Source: Verrucomicrobiia bacterium
GTDB lineage: Bacteria; Verrucomicrobiota; Verrucomicrobiia; Palsa-1439
Direction of reading: 5' to 3'
Assembly: GCA_052146795.1 (NCBI GenBank)
Contig: JBKQMH010000188.1
Span: 2,996 to 66,995 of the forward strand
DNA length: 64,000 nucleotides
Below, piece after piece: positions 47,759 to 57,405 of the stretch. The position numbers were made by a program, and so were the translations under genes. The notes under the pieces are model-generated. The model did not search any database, was not told the DNA's origin, and saw only the letters and a list, made by a program, of their open reading frames with translations. Every line of letters starts with the position of its first letter. Positions within the stretch are counted from its first letter, which is position 1.

Positions 47759-49084
47759 ATGCGTGCTATGCGAAGAATAACGGATCGTTTCCGACAGCGC
47801 GAACACGGACAGACGTTGATTATGTTCGTTCTCATGCTGGTCGTAATGCTGGGCTTTGTTGGATTGGGAGTTGACCTTGGTTTTGCCTACATCACCAGGG
47901 CCCGGCTGTCCAAAGCGGTGGATTCCGCCTGTCTGAACGGCATGCGCAACTATTGGCAGGGAACGACCCAGGCCAGCCTGATCGCCAGCAACACATTCGC
48001 CCTCAATTACGGCACCTCCGGACGCGATGTCGCCCCGCCGTCGCTCGCCGTCAGTTTCGTCACTTCCAATAACAACACGGTTCTCAATGTCCAGGCCAGC
48101 GTTGTCATCAACACCTTTTTCATTGGCGTGTTGCCGGCGATTGGCGGGAATTCGTGGAAGACGCTGACGGTGGGCGAGAGCGCCCAGGCCACGCGCACGA
48201 AGGTGATTCTGGCGCTAGCGCTGGATCATTCCGGGTCGATGAATCCAGATGGCGGTTCGACCGGGGGCGGCGCCGCTCTTCCCGGTGCCGTTACGAGTTT
48301 CATCAATTACTTTAGCGACACCATCGACGAGGCGTCCATGGCGAGTTTTGGTTCCACGGCCACAAACGACGTCATCATGGAACAACCCTTCAAATCGGCC
48401 ATCACAACGGCAGCCAACAATCTGCAGTGGTGCGGTGGCACCTACTCCGTGGGCGGCCTGACCAACGCTCTCATTCAGGAAAACAGCGTCACCATTCCTT
48501 CGAGCGAAGTCGCCCTCAAGGTCGTTGTCTTTTTCACCGATGGTCTGGCCAATATGGTCGGGCAACCGTTCGTTTGCGGCGGGACGACAAATACGCTCAT
48601 CTTTGGCGGTATAGATCCTCCGGGGAGTGGCGTATATTTTTTCAGCACAAATACGCCCTACACGTGTAGCGCGCAAAGCGGGAGCGACAACGCCTACGGG
48701 TGCTACATCTCCGACGATGGCAGTGTTAGCGATCCAAGCGGTTCCAGCGGTTGCACACCGTGGTGCGGCATCAGCCAGTTTTATGCGACCGGGAACACCA
48801 ACATGGAAAGTTTCACCCGCGCCAACGTCACGGCCGAGGCGCTGGCTCAGTGCATCCAGGCTGCCAATCTCATGCGAGCCAATGGCATCCTCGTCTATTC
48901 GATTGGGCTGGGGGGTGCCGATGTCAACATAGATTTCCTTGCACAAGTGGCGAATGCGACCAATAGTGTGAATTACAATTCGCAACAGCCAACTGGTTTG
49001 GCCCTCCTCGCCGACACTCCAAGCCAGCTCCAGCCATACTTCACAGCTGTAGCCAACGACATTCTCTTCCGGCTCACCCAGTAG
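47759..49084 (+). CDS. tadG: TadG-like pilin with vWA domain
   Basis: GQTLIMF, GLGVDLG, AVDSACL; vWA DHSGSM, FFTDG, VYSIGLG. Confidence 0.88.
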   Translation: MRAMRRITDRFRQREHGQTLIMFVLMLVVMLGFVGLGVDLGFAYITRARLSKAVDSACLNGMRNYWQGTTQASLIASNTFALNYGTSGRDVAPPSLAVSFVTSNNNTVLNVQASVVINTFFIGVLPAIGGNSWKTLTVGESAQATRTKVILALALDHSGSMNPDGGSTGGGAALPGAVTSFINYFSDTIDEASMASFGSTATNDVIMEQPFKSAITTAANNLQWCGGTYSVGGLTNALIQENSVTIPSSEVALKVVVFFTDGLANMVGQPFVCGGTTNTLIFGGIDPPGSGVYFFSTNTPYTCSAQSGSDNAYGCYISDDGSVSDPSGSSGCTPWCGISQFYATGNTNMESFTRANVTAEALAQCIQAANLMRANGILVYSIGLGGADVNIDFLAQVANATNSVNYNSQQPTGLALLADTPSQLQPYFTAVANDILFRLTQ

Positions 49085-49255
49085 AGCCACATCGGTTATT
49101 CACAACGTGTTCCTTAGATCAAGATAGAGTCTGCGGCGTGCACCCCCAACCACAGACGTTTCGCGTCGTCAGCCTGCCAAAGGGACGCACGTCAAGTTTT
49201 GGGTGGCCCCTCGCGAGAACAGAATTCTCATACGAGTTGACGGTCAAGAGGGGGT

Positions 49256-49417
49256 GGCATTCCAGCCCTTCGGCTGCGCTCAGGATAAACTCCGCGAAAT
49301 CATCGCGGACTGTTCGTCGTGTGACAGCAAATCCCTCATGTTCCCTGGTTTGCCAAACGACCGCGGTCCTTCCCCTTCGCGGACTCAGGGCTTCGGCTCA
49401 CTGCGCTCCGGGAGACA
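49256..49417. repeat. Degenerate REP/REPIN-like element
   Basis: CCCTTCGGCTGCGCTCAGGATAAACTCCGCGAA ... CTCAGGGCTTCGGCTCACTGCGCTC; related to 32950-32970. Confidence 0.55.
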
Positions 49418-49751
49418 GTCTGGTTGGACGGATCTGGTTCATTTCCTCATCTTCTGAGATGACCGGGCGTTCCAGCCGAAACGTGCGGGGAAGAAAGACC
49501 CGGGTGTACGCCCCGTCTTGTCGCCGTAAATTTCTTCCTGGAGTCGGCCTTGAACCTAGTGCGCAATCAGCGCAGTTTTTTGATAGGGGAGAGGGGTCGC
49601 ATTTTTTGCGAAACGAACACAGATCGTACGCCGTGTGGTATACACATCAATCTGCCTAAGCGACAGATACTTGGCGAGCGCCATTAGAAAGTTATCGGGC
49701 CGAACAAGGAATGAACTCGAAGCGGAAACGTGGACTCGTTTTTGCCCGCCG

Positions 49752-50240
49752 CTACGAGCGCAGCGAGGGATCGTGGAACACGTCCCGGAGGCCGCTGGTG
49801 ACTTCGTGGCCGAGATCGATGGGAATCCGGGACTCGCCCCGCGCCCGATCTAGGATCGTGGCGACTTGCTTCACCGCCCGGGCCGAATAGAAACGCACCA
49901 ACCCCAGCGTCGTTTTCGGACCGAAGACGGTCAGCAACATCGCTTCGTCCTGGATGGAGCAAATGAGAATCTGGGAATTCTTGCCCTGCTGGTGCAATGC
50001 GGAAAACTCGGCTTCTCCCACGCGCAAGGCCAGCTCACGCGTCGCCGCAAAGCTTCCCGCCGCCAACGCGGAAAGGGTCGTCACGTCCACCGACGGAGGA
50101 ATCTCCCCGAGCTGGCTGAGGATGGCGCCGCCGCGATCGATGATCAGCGCATAGGACGCCTCGGAATGGTCGAGGTATTCTTCAAGCGCTTTGAGGAGGC
50201 GCTCAGCCGATTCAACCGTCAGGATTGCCAGTGCCTGCAT
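49752..50240 (-). CDS. mglB: Roadblock/LC7 protein, MglB (GAP)
   Basis: LIIDRGG, ALAAGSFAATRELA..VGE.EF..L.QQG, LGLVR. Confidence 0.88.
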   Translation of the reverse strand: MQALAILTVESAERLLKALEEYLDHSEASYALIIDRGGAILSQLGEIPPSVDVTTLSALAAGSFAATRELALRVGEAEFSALHQQGKNSQILICSIQDEAMLLTVFGPKTTLGLVRFYSARAVKQVATILDRARGESRIPIDLGHEVTSGLRDVFHDPSLRS

Positions 50241-50278
50241 ATGTGTCGCCTACGAACTGATCGCGTTGGTCGCGTGGT

Positions 50279-50965
50279 TCAACGGCGCGCCGCGGCGGCC
50301 GCAATCCCCGACAGCGCGGTCGATGCCGGTGCGGTCGCGGTCTGGGATGACTGCTGCTTCGCGGACGCGGTTTCGTTCTCATGCGCGAACTTCTGCAACA
50401 AGAGCCGCGAGATGGCGTTGAGCGTGGCGAACACGCCCTGACCCGAAGTGGCGATGCCCACGAAGCTCGGCACGCGCACGCTGCGGTTGTTCAGCACGAA
50501 ATCAAGGTAATGCACGGGCGCGGGATTCGACAGGTCGCGCTTGTTGTACTGGAGCACGTACGGAATTTGATCGAGGCTCGTGCCCTGGCGCACAAGGTTT
50601 TCCTCGAGGTTCTTGAAGCTCTCGATGTTCTCTTCCATCTTGTCCCACTGCGAATCGGCGACAAACACGACGCCATCGACGCTGCGCAGCACGAGTTGGC
50701 GCGTGGCATTGTAGATGACCTGGCCAGGTACCGTGTATAGTTGGAATTTCGTTTTGAACCCCCTGACGACGACCGCGTTCAGCGGCAGGAAATCAAAGAA
50801 CAGCGTGCGGTCCGCCGCGGTGGCCAGTGACACCAGTTCGCCTTTGTGCGCTTCCGCCACCTGGCTGTGGATGTAGGTCAGGTTGGTCGTCTTGCCGCAC
50901 AACGCGGGACCGTAATAGACGATCTTGAATTGGATTTCTTTGTTGACGTAGTTGATGATCGACAT
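50279..50965 (-). CDS. mglA: MglA small GTPase
   Basis: KIVYYGPALCGKTTNL, DRTLFFDFLP, TVPGQV, QYNKRDL. Confidence 0.95.
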   Translation of the reverse strand: MSIINYVNKEIQFKIVYYGPALCGKTTNLTYIHSQVAEAHKGELVSLATAADRTLFFDFLPLNAVVVRGFKTKFQLYTVPGQVIYNATRQLVLRSVDGVVFVADSQWDKMEENIESFKNLEENLVRQGTSLDQIPYVLQYNKRDLSNPAPVHYLDFVLNNRSVRVPSFVGIATSGQGVFATLNAISRLLLQKFAHENETASAKQQSSQTATAPASTALSGIAAAAARR

Positions 50966-50977
50966 GATGTGGCTCCC

Positions 50978-53473
50978 TTACTCGGCGGTCCGCTGCCGGC
51001 ACAGCCGGGCGAGTTCCTGGCTGATGCGTTCGCAACGTCGCAGCAACGCTTTGCTGAAGTGACGGTTATCGTGCAGGACGATGAGGAAGATATCGCCCGC
51101 GCGCAGAATGCTGATCGGTTGCTGGTCGGTGAACACGGACAACCGCGTGACCTGTCCGGCGCGCAGTTCTTTCATGTAGCGCCCGACCTTGCGGAACAAT
51201 TGGGGCGCGAACACGCTGATCGTTTCGCGATCCAGGTGCGGCGGCAATTCACCGGTCAGGAACACGCCATCGGACATGGCCAGAATGCAGCCGGCCACAC
51301 CCTTGAGCTGGCTGGTGAGCCGCACGATTTCCTGCAGCGTAAGCTCTTCGTTGTGCTCGACCCCGAGCAGCCGGTTGAGGCCACGGCGCGACGGGCTGGC
51401 CAACGTCCGAAACAGCCGGCGACCGACACCGGGAATCTGGTGCAAGTCTTCGATGGACTTGAATCCACCGTGGGTATTGCGAAATTCGATGATCCGCTGG
51501 GCGAGGACAGGACCGATCCCTTCGATCCGCGCGAGATCGGCAAGACTCCAGCGGTTGAGGTTCGCGAGGACTTGATCGGGAGTCGACCCAACAGTCGACG
51601 CGGGCGCTGCTGGCTCTGAGATCTGGGCTTCCTGCCCGGCTTCGGTCGTCGTCGCCTCGGCCGGCTGGGACGGTGCCGCAGCCTGCTCGGTCGTCTGCTG
51701 CGTTTCGGCAGTTGTCGGTTGTTCGGCGGCGACAGGTGCAGGCGTGGCGACCTCCGCCGCAGCTTCCGCCAATTCTGCTTCAGCCTGTGTGGCCGGTTCC
51801 GTTATGGTCGGCGTCGGCGAAACGACTTCGGCAATCGGTTCGGAGAACGCTTGCTCAACGACAGGCTGCTCGGTGGACGCGGGTTCGCCGGCCTCGGTCT
51901 CTGCGGTGGTCGCGGTCGTTTCGACTGCCTGCGGGGCTTCGGCGAATATTGGTTCTTCCGTCGCCTCGACGAGAGGAGCAGCAGGCTCGGCAACGGGTTC
52001 GACGGTCGTCGGTTCCACCGATGTCGGCGATTCGACATTCGCTTCCACGGTGGCAGATGGTTGCTCAATCACCGGCTCGGCGGCGGCCGATTTCTCCGCG
52101 AAAATTGATACAGCCTCGTCTTCCAGCGCGCCGGAAGACACTTCGACAGTCTCCGCTGGTCGTTCGGGTTGGACGGGCGCATGAGGGGGCGGCAGTAGTA
52201 CGGACTCGGGAGCGCGAATTTCGACGGTGGCTGGCGTGAAGTTCTTCTCGGCGAAGGGGGTTGGAATCTCACTGTCGCTGAAATCGATCTCGTGGAGGTC
52301 CGACTGCTTCGTTTGACTGGCAAAGAGATTCAACGGCAATTGCGGCACGATCTCCTGCAACGCAATCGGGATGGTCTCATCGGAGATGGACGGTAGCGGC
52401 GAAGCGAGGATCGAGCGCGGTATCAGGCCGACGGCAACCGCCAGCGGAAGGCGTACGCGCGCAATCTTCAATTGCGGCACGACCAGGTCCGCCGGGAGCG
52501 CGATGCGGGTATCCAAATCGATGCGCCGCCACAGGTCGGTGCGTGGGCAGATGAAATATTGGTCCGGCATGACGGCGACAAGACTTCGCAGGCTGACGGT
52601 GATCCCCTCGATACCATCGGACGAGGGCTGCGCCGCGGCGGATCGTGCCGGAGCTTCGTTGGCAGCGGGAATGGGCTTGGCCATGTTCCAAGCCAGAACG
52701 CGCGGGGCTGGTTGCTCTTCTTGGTCGGGGGCAGGAGCCGGTGCCTCGGGCACCAGTGTCTCTTCCGGTGACCGTGCACTGACGTCTGGCGCGGGAGTCT
52801 GCAACTCCTCAGCAGCGGCGGAGTCTTGAATGGCGGGCTTCTCCTCAGTGGCAGTTTTGTCGGCGACATCGTCGATGAGATTTGGGAATTGCGCAAATTC
52901 GGGAGTGTCGAGGTCAACCTCGGTCTGGTTCTGAGGCTGCATCAGGTCAACCGGCAGCGCGCTCACGATGTCCGCCAGAGGCAGTACGATGGCATGTTGG
53001 CTGTTGCCCGCAGGAAACGGTCGGCGCTGGAGGTCCTCGGGCAGCAACGGCATCAGGTCGGCCAACGTAATGGTAACGCGGCCCCTTGCCAACTGCGGTA
53101 ACACCCAGTCAGCGGGTATATTCACGACGACGCGGCGGAGGTTCTCCGTTCCCACCGTGGCAAGGAAATTTCCGGGCAATTGCTGAGAAATGGAGTTCAG
53201 CGACAGGGCAATCGTCTGTCCGTTTGTCGAAGCTGCAGGCCGACTCTCACCGGTGGGGGTCACCAGCGACTCCGAATCTGCTTTCGTCGCATTCACATTC
53301 ACTGGATGTCTCATCAATTGAGTCTCGGCCAAGTGAAGGTTTGTACGTGACGTCGGAGTCGGTGGCGGATTGGGGTTCGGCGGCGTAAAACGCGGCGTCG
53401 AGGGACGCGGCGGGGCGGCCACGGTTACCTTGGTAGTCTCGACCTTCGAACTGCGAAAAAACGGCAATCTCAT
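50978..53473 (-). CDS. Large cytoplasmic protein: duplicated unknown domain, acidic linker, ComEA-like HhH, C-terminal roadblock
   Basis: NLNRWSLADLARIEGIGPVLAQRIIEFR..GGFKSIEDLHQIPGVG; C-terminal LKGVAGCILAMSDG; no signal peptide; start inferred. Confidence 0.8.
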   Translation of the reverse strand: MRLPFFRSSKVETTKVTVAAPPRPSTPRFTPPNPNPPPTPTSRTNLHLAETQLMRHPVNVNATKADSESLVTPTGESRPAASTNGQTIALSLNSISQQLPGNFLATVGTENLRRVVVNIPADWVLPQLARGRVTITLADLMPLLPEDLQRRPFPAGNSQHAIVLPLADIVSALPVDLMQPQNQTEVDLDTPEFAQFPNLIDDVADKTATEEKPAIQDSAAAEELQTPAPDVSARSPEETLVPEAPAPAPDQEEQPAPRVLAWNMAKPIPAANEAPARSAAAQPSSDGIEGITVSLRSLVAVMPDQYFICPRTDLWRRIDLDTRIALPADLVVPQLKIARVRLPLAVAVGLIPRSILASPLPSISDETIPIALQEIVPQLPLNLFASQTKQSDLHEIDFSDSEIPTPFAEKNFTPATVEIRAPESVLLPPPHAPVQPERPAETVEVSSGALEDEAVSIFAEKSAAAEPVIEQPSATVEANVESPTSVEPTTVEPVAEPAAPLVEATEEPIFAEAPQAVETTATTAETEAGEPASTEQPVVEQAFSEPIAEVVSPTPTITEPATQAEAELAEAAAEVATPAPVAAEQPTTAETQQTTEQAAAPSQPAEATTTEAGQEAQISEPAAPASTVGSTPDQVLANLNRWSLADLARIEGIGPVLAQRIIEFRNTHGGFKSIEDLHQIPGVGRRLFRTLASPSRRGLNRLLGVEHNEELTLQEIVRLTSQLKGVAGCILAMSDGVFLTGELPPHLDRETISVFAPQLFRKVGRYMKELRAGQVTRLSVFTDQQPISILRAGDIFLIVLHDNRHFSKALLRRCERISQELARLCRQRTAE

Positions 53474-53521
53474 GTTGGCTAATCCCTGTTTGTTACCCAA
53501 ACGTCTTTCGCTAAGTTACTG

Positions 53522-53537
53522 AGCAGCCGGTATGCCA
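53522..53537 (-). promoter_or_regulatory. sigma54 promoter candidate for the HhH-roadblock/mglA/mglB operon
   Basis: Minus strand TGGCATACCGGCTGCT: GG-N10-GC. Confidence 0.65.
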
Positions 53538-53640
53538 CGGCCAACTTTTCGGGCTGAAAAGCACAATCCTGTTATCGGAGACGCCAAAATCTCAGGTTTG
53601 CGACGGGATGGCCGGCGGGGAACGTCACGGCGCATGGTTT

Positions 53641-55353
53641 CTAGACCTCGCTGCCTGAAACCCGGAGCACTTCGTCCAAGGACGTTAGGCCCGCTTTGGC
53701 CTTTTCCAGTCCCGCCAAGCGAAGCGTCTTCAGGCCTTCCTTAAGTGCCAGGTCCTTAAGGACTTTGGCACTGGTGTCGTGAAGGATTTGCTCGCGGATG
53801 GCGTTGGTAATGGCGAGAACCTCCAGAATCGCCAGACGTCCCAGGAAGCCGGTTTCTTTGCAGCGTGAGCAGCCGCAGCCACGATAATAGGTGTTGGCAG
53901 ACACGTCTTCATTGCTGAGGCCGAGCCGGGAGGTCACGTCCGTCGGGACTTTGAAAGCCTCCTTGCAATGCGGACAAATCTTACGGAGCAGACGCTGGGC
54001 GCATATCATGAGCAGGGAGGAACTGACCAGAAACGGCTCGATTCCCATGTCCACCAGCCGCGCGATGGCACCGGGCGAGTCGTTGGTATGCAAGGTGGAC
54101 AATACCAAATGTCCCGTGAGCGCGGCCTTCACCGCGATGTCGGCGGTCTCCGAGTCGCGGATTTCGCCGACCATGACGATATCCGGGTCCTGGCGCAGGA
54201 TCGAACGCAGCCCGCTGGCAAACGTCAGTCCGATCTCGGGCTTTACCTGCACCTGGTTGACCCCGACCATTTGGTATTCAACCGGGTCCTCGACGGTCAC
54301 GATGTTCACGTCACTGGTGTTCAACTGCGTCAGCACGGCGTACAGTGTGGACGTTTTTCCGGAGCCGGTGGGGCCGGTCATCAGGATCATCCCGTGCGGC
54401 GCGTCGATGGCGTTCTTGAATTTCTCAAGGTTGTCAGGGGGAAGCCCCAAGCCGTCGAGATTGAGGCTGAGGGTGCCCTTGTCGAGCACGCGCATGACGA
54501 TCTTTTCGCCGTGGACGGTCGGCAGCACCGAGACGCGCAAATCGACTTCGCGCCCGGCCAGTTTGATGCGGAAGCGGCCATCTTGCGGCAGACGGCGCTC
54601 GGCAATGTCGAGATTCGCCATGATCTTGATGCGTGACGCGATGGCGGACTGTAATCCCTTCGGCGGTGCGGTCGAGTCATACAGCACGCCGTCCACGCGG
54701 TAGCGGAGACGAAGTTGTTTCTCGAATGGTTCGATGTGAATGTCGCTGGCCCGGTCTTTGATGGCTTGGACGAGCATGAGGTTGACCAGTTTGATGACCG
54801 GGCCTTCCTCGCCGCTTTCCACGAGTTGGTCGAGGTTGATTTCGTCCTGTTTATCCTTTGCCAACTCGATCTCGGAGTCATCGACTTCTTTGAGGATCGC
54901 GTCGATCCCCCCGCCGACTTGTGTTTGGGCGTTGTTGAGGAAATCGGTGACCGCTTTCTCGGTGCTGATCAGCGGGACGATCTGTACGTTCGGCCGAACA
55001 CGGCGCAGATCGTCCAATGCGAGCACGTTCAACGGGTCGGCCATGGCCACGAACAGCCTCCGCCCCAGGCGGGCGACGGCGACCATCTTGTAGGTTTGGC
55101 CAAGATCTTTCGGGATGAGGTCAATGACGTCCTGGGGAACGCGCATCTTGGCGAGTGTGACCGGGTGCGCGCCGAGACAGCGGCCCATGCTGACCATCAT
55201 GTCCTGCTCGGTGACCAGTTGCTTTTCCAACAGCAACTTCAGCAGCCGACCGCCCTGTTTCTTCTGAACGTCGAGGACTTCGTTGAGTTGCTCTTCGGTA
55301 AGCAACCCATCCGCCAGCAATGTGTCGGCGATTCTTTCTCCGAATGATTTCAT
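53641..55353 (-). CDS. pilB: Type IV pilus/T2SS assembly ATPase PilB/GspE
   Basis: MshEN-like N-terminus, ASDIHIEP, GPTGSGKT, LRQDPDIVMVGEIRD, CPHC..CSRC. Confidence 0.95.
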   Translation of the reverse strand: MKSFGERIADTLLADGLLTEEQLNEVLDVQKKQGGRLLKLLLEKQLVTEQDMMVSMGRCLGAHPVTLAKMRVPQDVIDLIPKDLGQTYKMVAVARLGRRLFVAMADPLNVLALDDLRRVRPNVQIVPLISTEKAVTDFLNNAQTQVGGGIDAILKEVDDSEIELAKDKQDEINLDQLVESGEEGPVIKLVNLMLVQAIKDRASDIHIEPFEKQLRLRYRVDGVLYDSTAPPKGLQSAIASRIKIMANLDIAERRLPQDGRFRIKLAGREVDLRVSVLPTVHGEKIVMRVLDKGTLSLNLDGLGLPPDNLEKFKNAIDAPHGMILMTGPTGSGKTSTLYAVLTQLNTSDVNIVTVEDPVEYQMVGVNQVQVKPEIGLTFASGLRSILRQDPDIVMVGEIRDSETADIAVKAALTGHLVLSTLHTNDSPGAIARLVDMGIEPFLVSSSLLMICAQRLLRKICPHCKEAFKVPTDVTSRLGLSNEDVSANTYYRGCGCSRCKETGFLGRLAILEVLAITNAIREQILHDTSAKVLKDLALKEGLKTLRLAGLEKAKAGLTSLDEVLRVSGSEV

Positions 55354-56276
55354 GGTTTACCAGGAGCGCGGGCGCCCGCGGGATGTTTGGAATCGAGCCC
55401 ATGGGCGCGCCGCAGTGCCGCATGGATTTCCTCGGGCGAGGTCACGTACCAGAACACGTTATAGGCCAACATGACCTCCGCCTGGCTGCGCGCCGCCGTG
55501 TCGAGCGGGTTCGCGGTGGCAATCAATACCGAGCGGCTGATCAGGTCGAACGGGACGATGCACTTTTCGAAGCAGATGTCCCGTGGCAGCAGGCAGACGG
55601 CGTCACGATCCACGTCGTAAGTCGACAACGGCAGGTACGGCAAACCACTACGGTCGACCAGTACCGTCAGGATATCGTCCTGCTTCACCAGTTGTTCTTC
55701 GATCAGCAACTGGGCAAGCACGAAAGGCGTCGGACTCTCGCCGGAGTTGGCGGGACCTGATGTGAGGCGTTTCACCAGCGGTTCGACCGCCTGTGGCGTG
55801 AGCAGTTTCTCCGCGATCAACACATCAATCAGCGCCTTGTTGCCATCTTCGTGTGTGAGCGGTGGCGGAGGAGAAGGGGGGGGCGCCGCTGTCCCGGCGG
55901 CCAGCGCCGGGGCAAGTGGTGTCGGCTTGGAGTCCTCACGCAGTGACGGCGCCCCAGAGGGTTGTCGATTTGCAGCCAGTTGGGAAGTCTTCGCCTCGAG
56001 TTCCTTCAGGGCTTTGAGCACCTCCGGATCGTTCGGGTGCTCTTGAAGGATACCCTCGTACTCGAGGATGGCTTGAGAGATTTGACCGAGAGAGATGTGG
56101 GCTTTGGCCAGCTTCTTGGAGGCGGCCAGGCTTTCGTCGAGGCGGCCCAATTTGGCGTACGCCTCCTTCAGAATCTCCCAGGATTGATAATCCTCGGGCT
56201 GAGATTCCGTAATCGCTTCGAACATCTCCACGGTTCGGAGCAACTGCTGGATTTCGTCTTCTGAAATACTGGCCAT
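55350..56276 (-). CDS. TPR + T2SSE_N (GSPII_E N-terminal) domain protein
   Basis: N-terminal TPR-like helices; C-terminal SGLPYL...VPFD...IATANPLD without an ATPase domain. Confidence 0.75.
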   Translation of the reverse strand: MASISEDEIQQLLRTVEMFEAITESQPEDYQSWEILKEAYAKLGRLDESLAASKKLAKAHISLGQISQAILEYEGILQEHPNDPEVLKALKELEAKTSQLAANRQPSGAPSLREDSKPTPLAPALAAGTAAPPPSPPPPLTHEDGNKALIDVLIAEKLLTPQAVEPLVKRLTSGPANSGESPTPFVLAQLLIEEQLVKQDDILTVLVDRSGLPYLPLSTYDVDRDAVCLLPRDICFEKCIVPFDLISRSVLIATANPLDTAARSQAEVMLAYNVFWYVTSPEEIHAALRRAHGLDSKHPAGARAPGKP

Positions 56277-56310
56277 GCTTTACGAGCACTCCAAGCTCCA
56301 GAACCATGGA

Positions 56311-56326
56311 AGCACTCAACATGCCA
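56311..56326 (-). promoter_or_regulatory. sigma54 promoter candidate for the TPR-pilB operon
   Basis: Minus strand TGGCATGTTGAGTGCT: GG-N10-GC, about 35 nt before the ATG. Confidence 0.65.
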
Positions 56327-56354
56327 TGCCAGAAGGCGGCGGTCAGGTGAGGAT

Positions 56355-56429
56355 TGGCTGCCCGGCCTGGACTCGAACCAGGAAATACGGCTCCAAAGGC
56401 CGCTGTGTTACCAATTACACTACCGGGCA
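56355..56429 (-). tRNA. tRNA-Gln(TTG)
   Basis: Minus strand TGCCCGGTAGTGTAATTGGTAACACAGCGGCCTTTGGAGCCGT...GGTTCGAGTCC...GGGCAGCCA; conserved ispE-tRNA-Gln linkage. Confidence 0.96.
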
Positions 56430-56458
56430 GACCGAACGACGCTGCTCAGGGCTTGCTG

Positions 56459-57379
56459 TTAACGGTTGCACGCGGATGCGAACCGCGTCACCTTTGTCCA
56501 CATGCTTGGCCCAAATTGTTCACGGACTCTTAGAGCTGATTTTTCCGCAGCTTTCGGGTCGGCAAACAAACCGAAAACCGTGGCGCCGCTGCCGCTCATG
56601 AGCGCGCCGCTGGCCCCGTTGTCGCGCATTGCGTTCTTGATCAATTCCAGAACGGGGAACTTGCGGATCGACGGCGCCTCCAACGAGTTGAAGAGGCATC
56701 GTGAAACCCCGGCCAGGTCGTCCTCCGCCAAAGCGCGCAGCAGCAGACTAACTTGTGGCGGGGACACTGTCAACCGTGACTCGGCCGCCGCTTTGGCCCA
56801 GGTCTCATAAGCCCATTTGGTCGAGATGCCGAACCCCGGATTGACCAGCAAGACGGACGCCGAAAGCTTGCAGGGGATTGCCTCGATTCGTTCGCCACGA
56901 CCGCGACACAGCCCGGCTCCACCCGCCATAAAGAAATTAATGTCCGACCCCATGCCAGCGGCCAGTTCGTGGAGAATCGAGTCGTCGGCTTGCAGTCCCC
57001 ACAATTGCTTGAGACCGAGCAACACAGCTGCGGCATTACTGCTCCCGCCACCGAGCCCGGCCGCCAGCGGTGTGCGTTTCGTCAAGGCGATCTTCGCTCC
57101 CCGCTTCACGCCGCATCGCTCCGCCAATTGTCTTGCTGCGCGCAACGCCAGATTCGAATCGTCCGTCGGCAGGCTCGGGTTGTCGCACTCGAGCATCAGA
57201 CCGTCTTTGTGGGGTCGCAACGTGATCTCGTCGCCGAAACCAAGAGGCAGCATCAGGGTTTCGATCTCGTGATAGCCATCCGGTCGCTTTCCCAGGATGC
57301 GCAGATACAAATTGATTTTTGCGGGAGAGAACACCGTCAACGGAGCTGTCCCTTGCCGTGGTTGCGCGTGTGCGGTCAC
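56459..57379 (-). CDS. ispE: 4-diphosphocytidyl-2-C-methyl-D-erythritol kinase
   Basis: PAKINLYL, RPDGYH, AGLGGGSSNAA, MSGSGATVF. Confidence 0.95.
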   Translation of the reverse strand: MTAHAQPRQGTAPLTVFSPAKINLYLRILGKRPDGYHEIETLMLPLGFGDEITLRPHKDGLMLECDNPSLPTDDSNLALRAARQLAERCGVKRGAKIALTKRTPLAAGLGGGSSNAAAVLLGLKQLWGLQADDSILHELAAGMGSDINFFMAGGAGLCRGRGERIEAIPCKLSASVLLVNPGFGISTKWAYETWAKAAAESRLTVSPPQVSLLLRALAEDDLAGVSRCLFNSLEAPSIRKFPVLELIKNAMRDNGASGALMSGSGATVFGLFADPKAAEKSALRVREQFGPSMWTKVTRFASACNR

Positions 57380-57405
57380 GAAGTTTTCCCTACCATGCGG
57401 GTTGG

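Noticed and set aside
49138-49853. ORFs in the tadG-mglB intergenic region
   Set aside because: They overlap REP-like remnants and have no RBS or recognisable domains.
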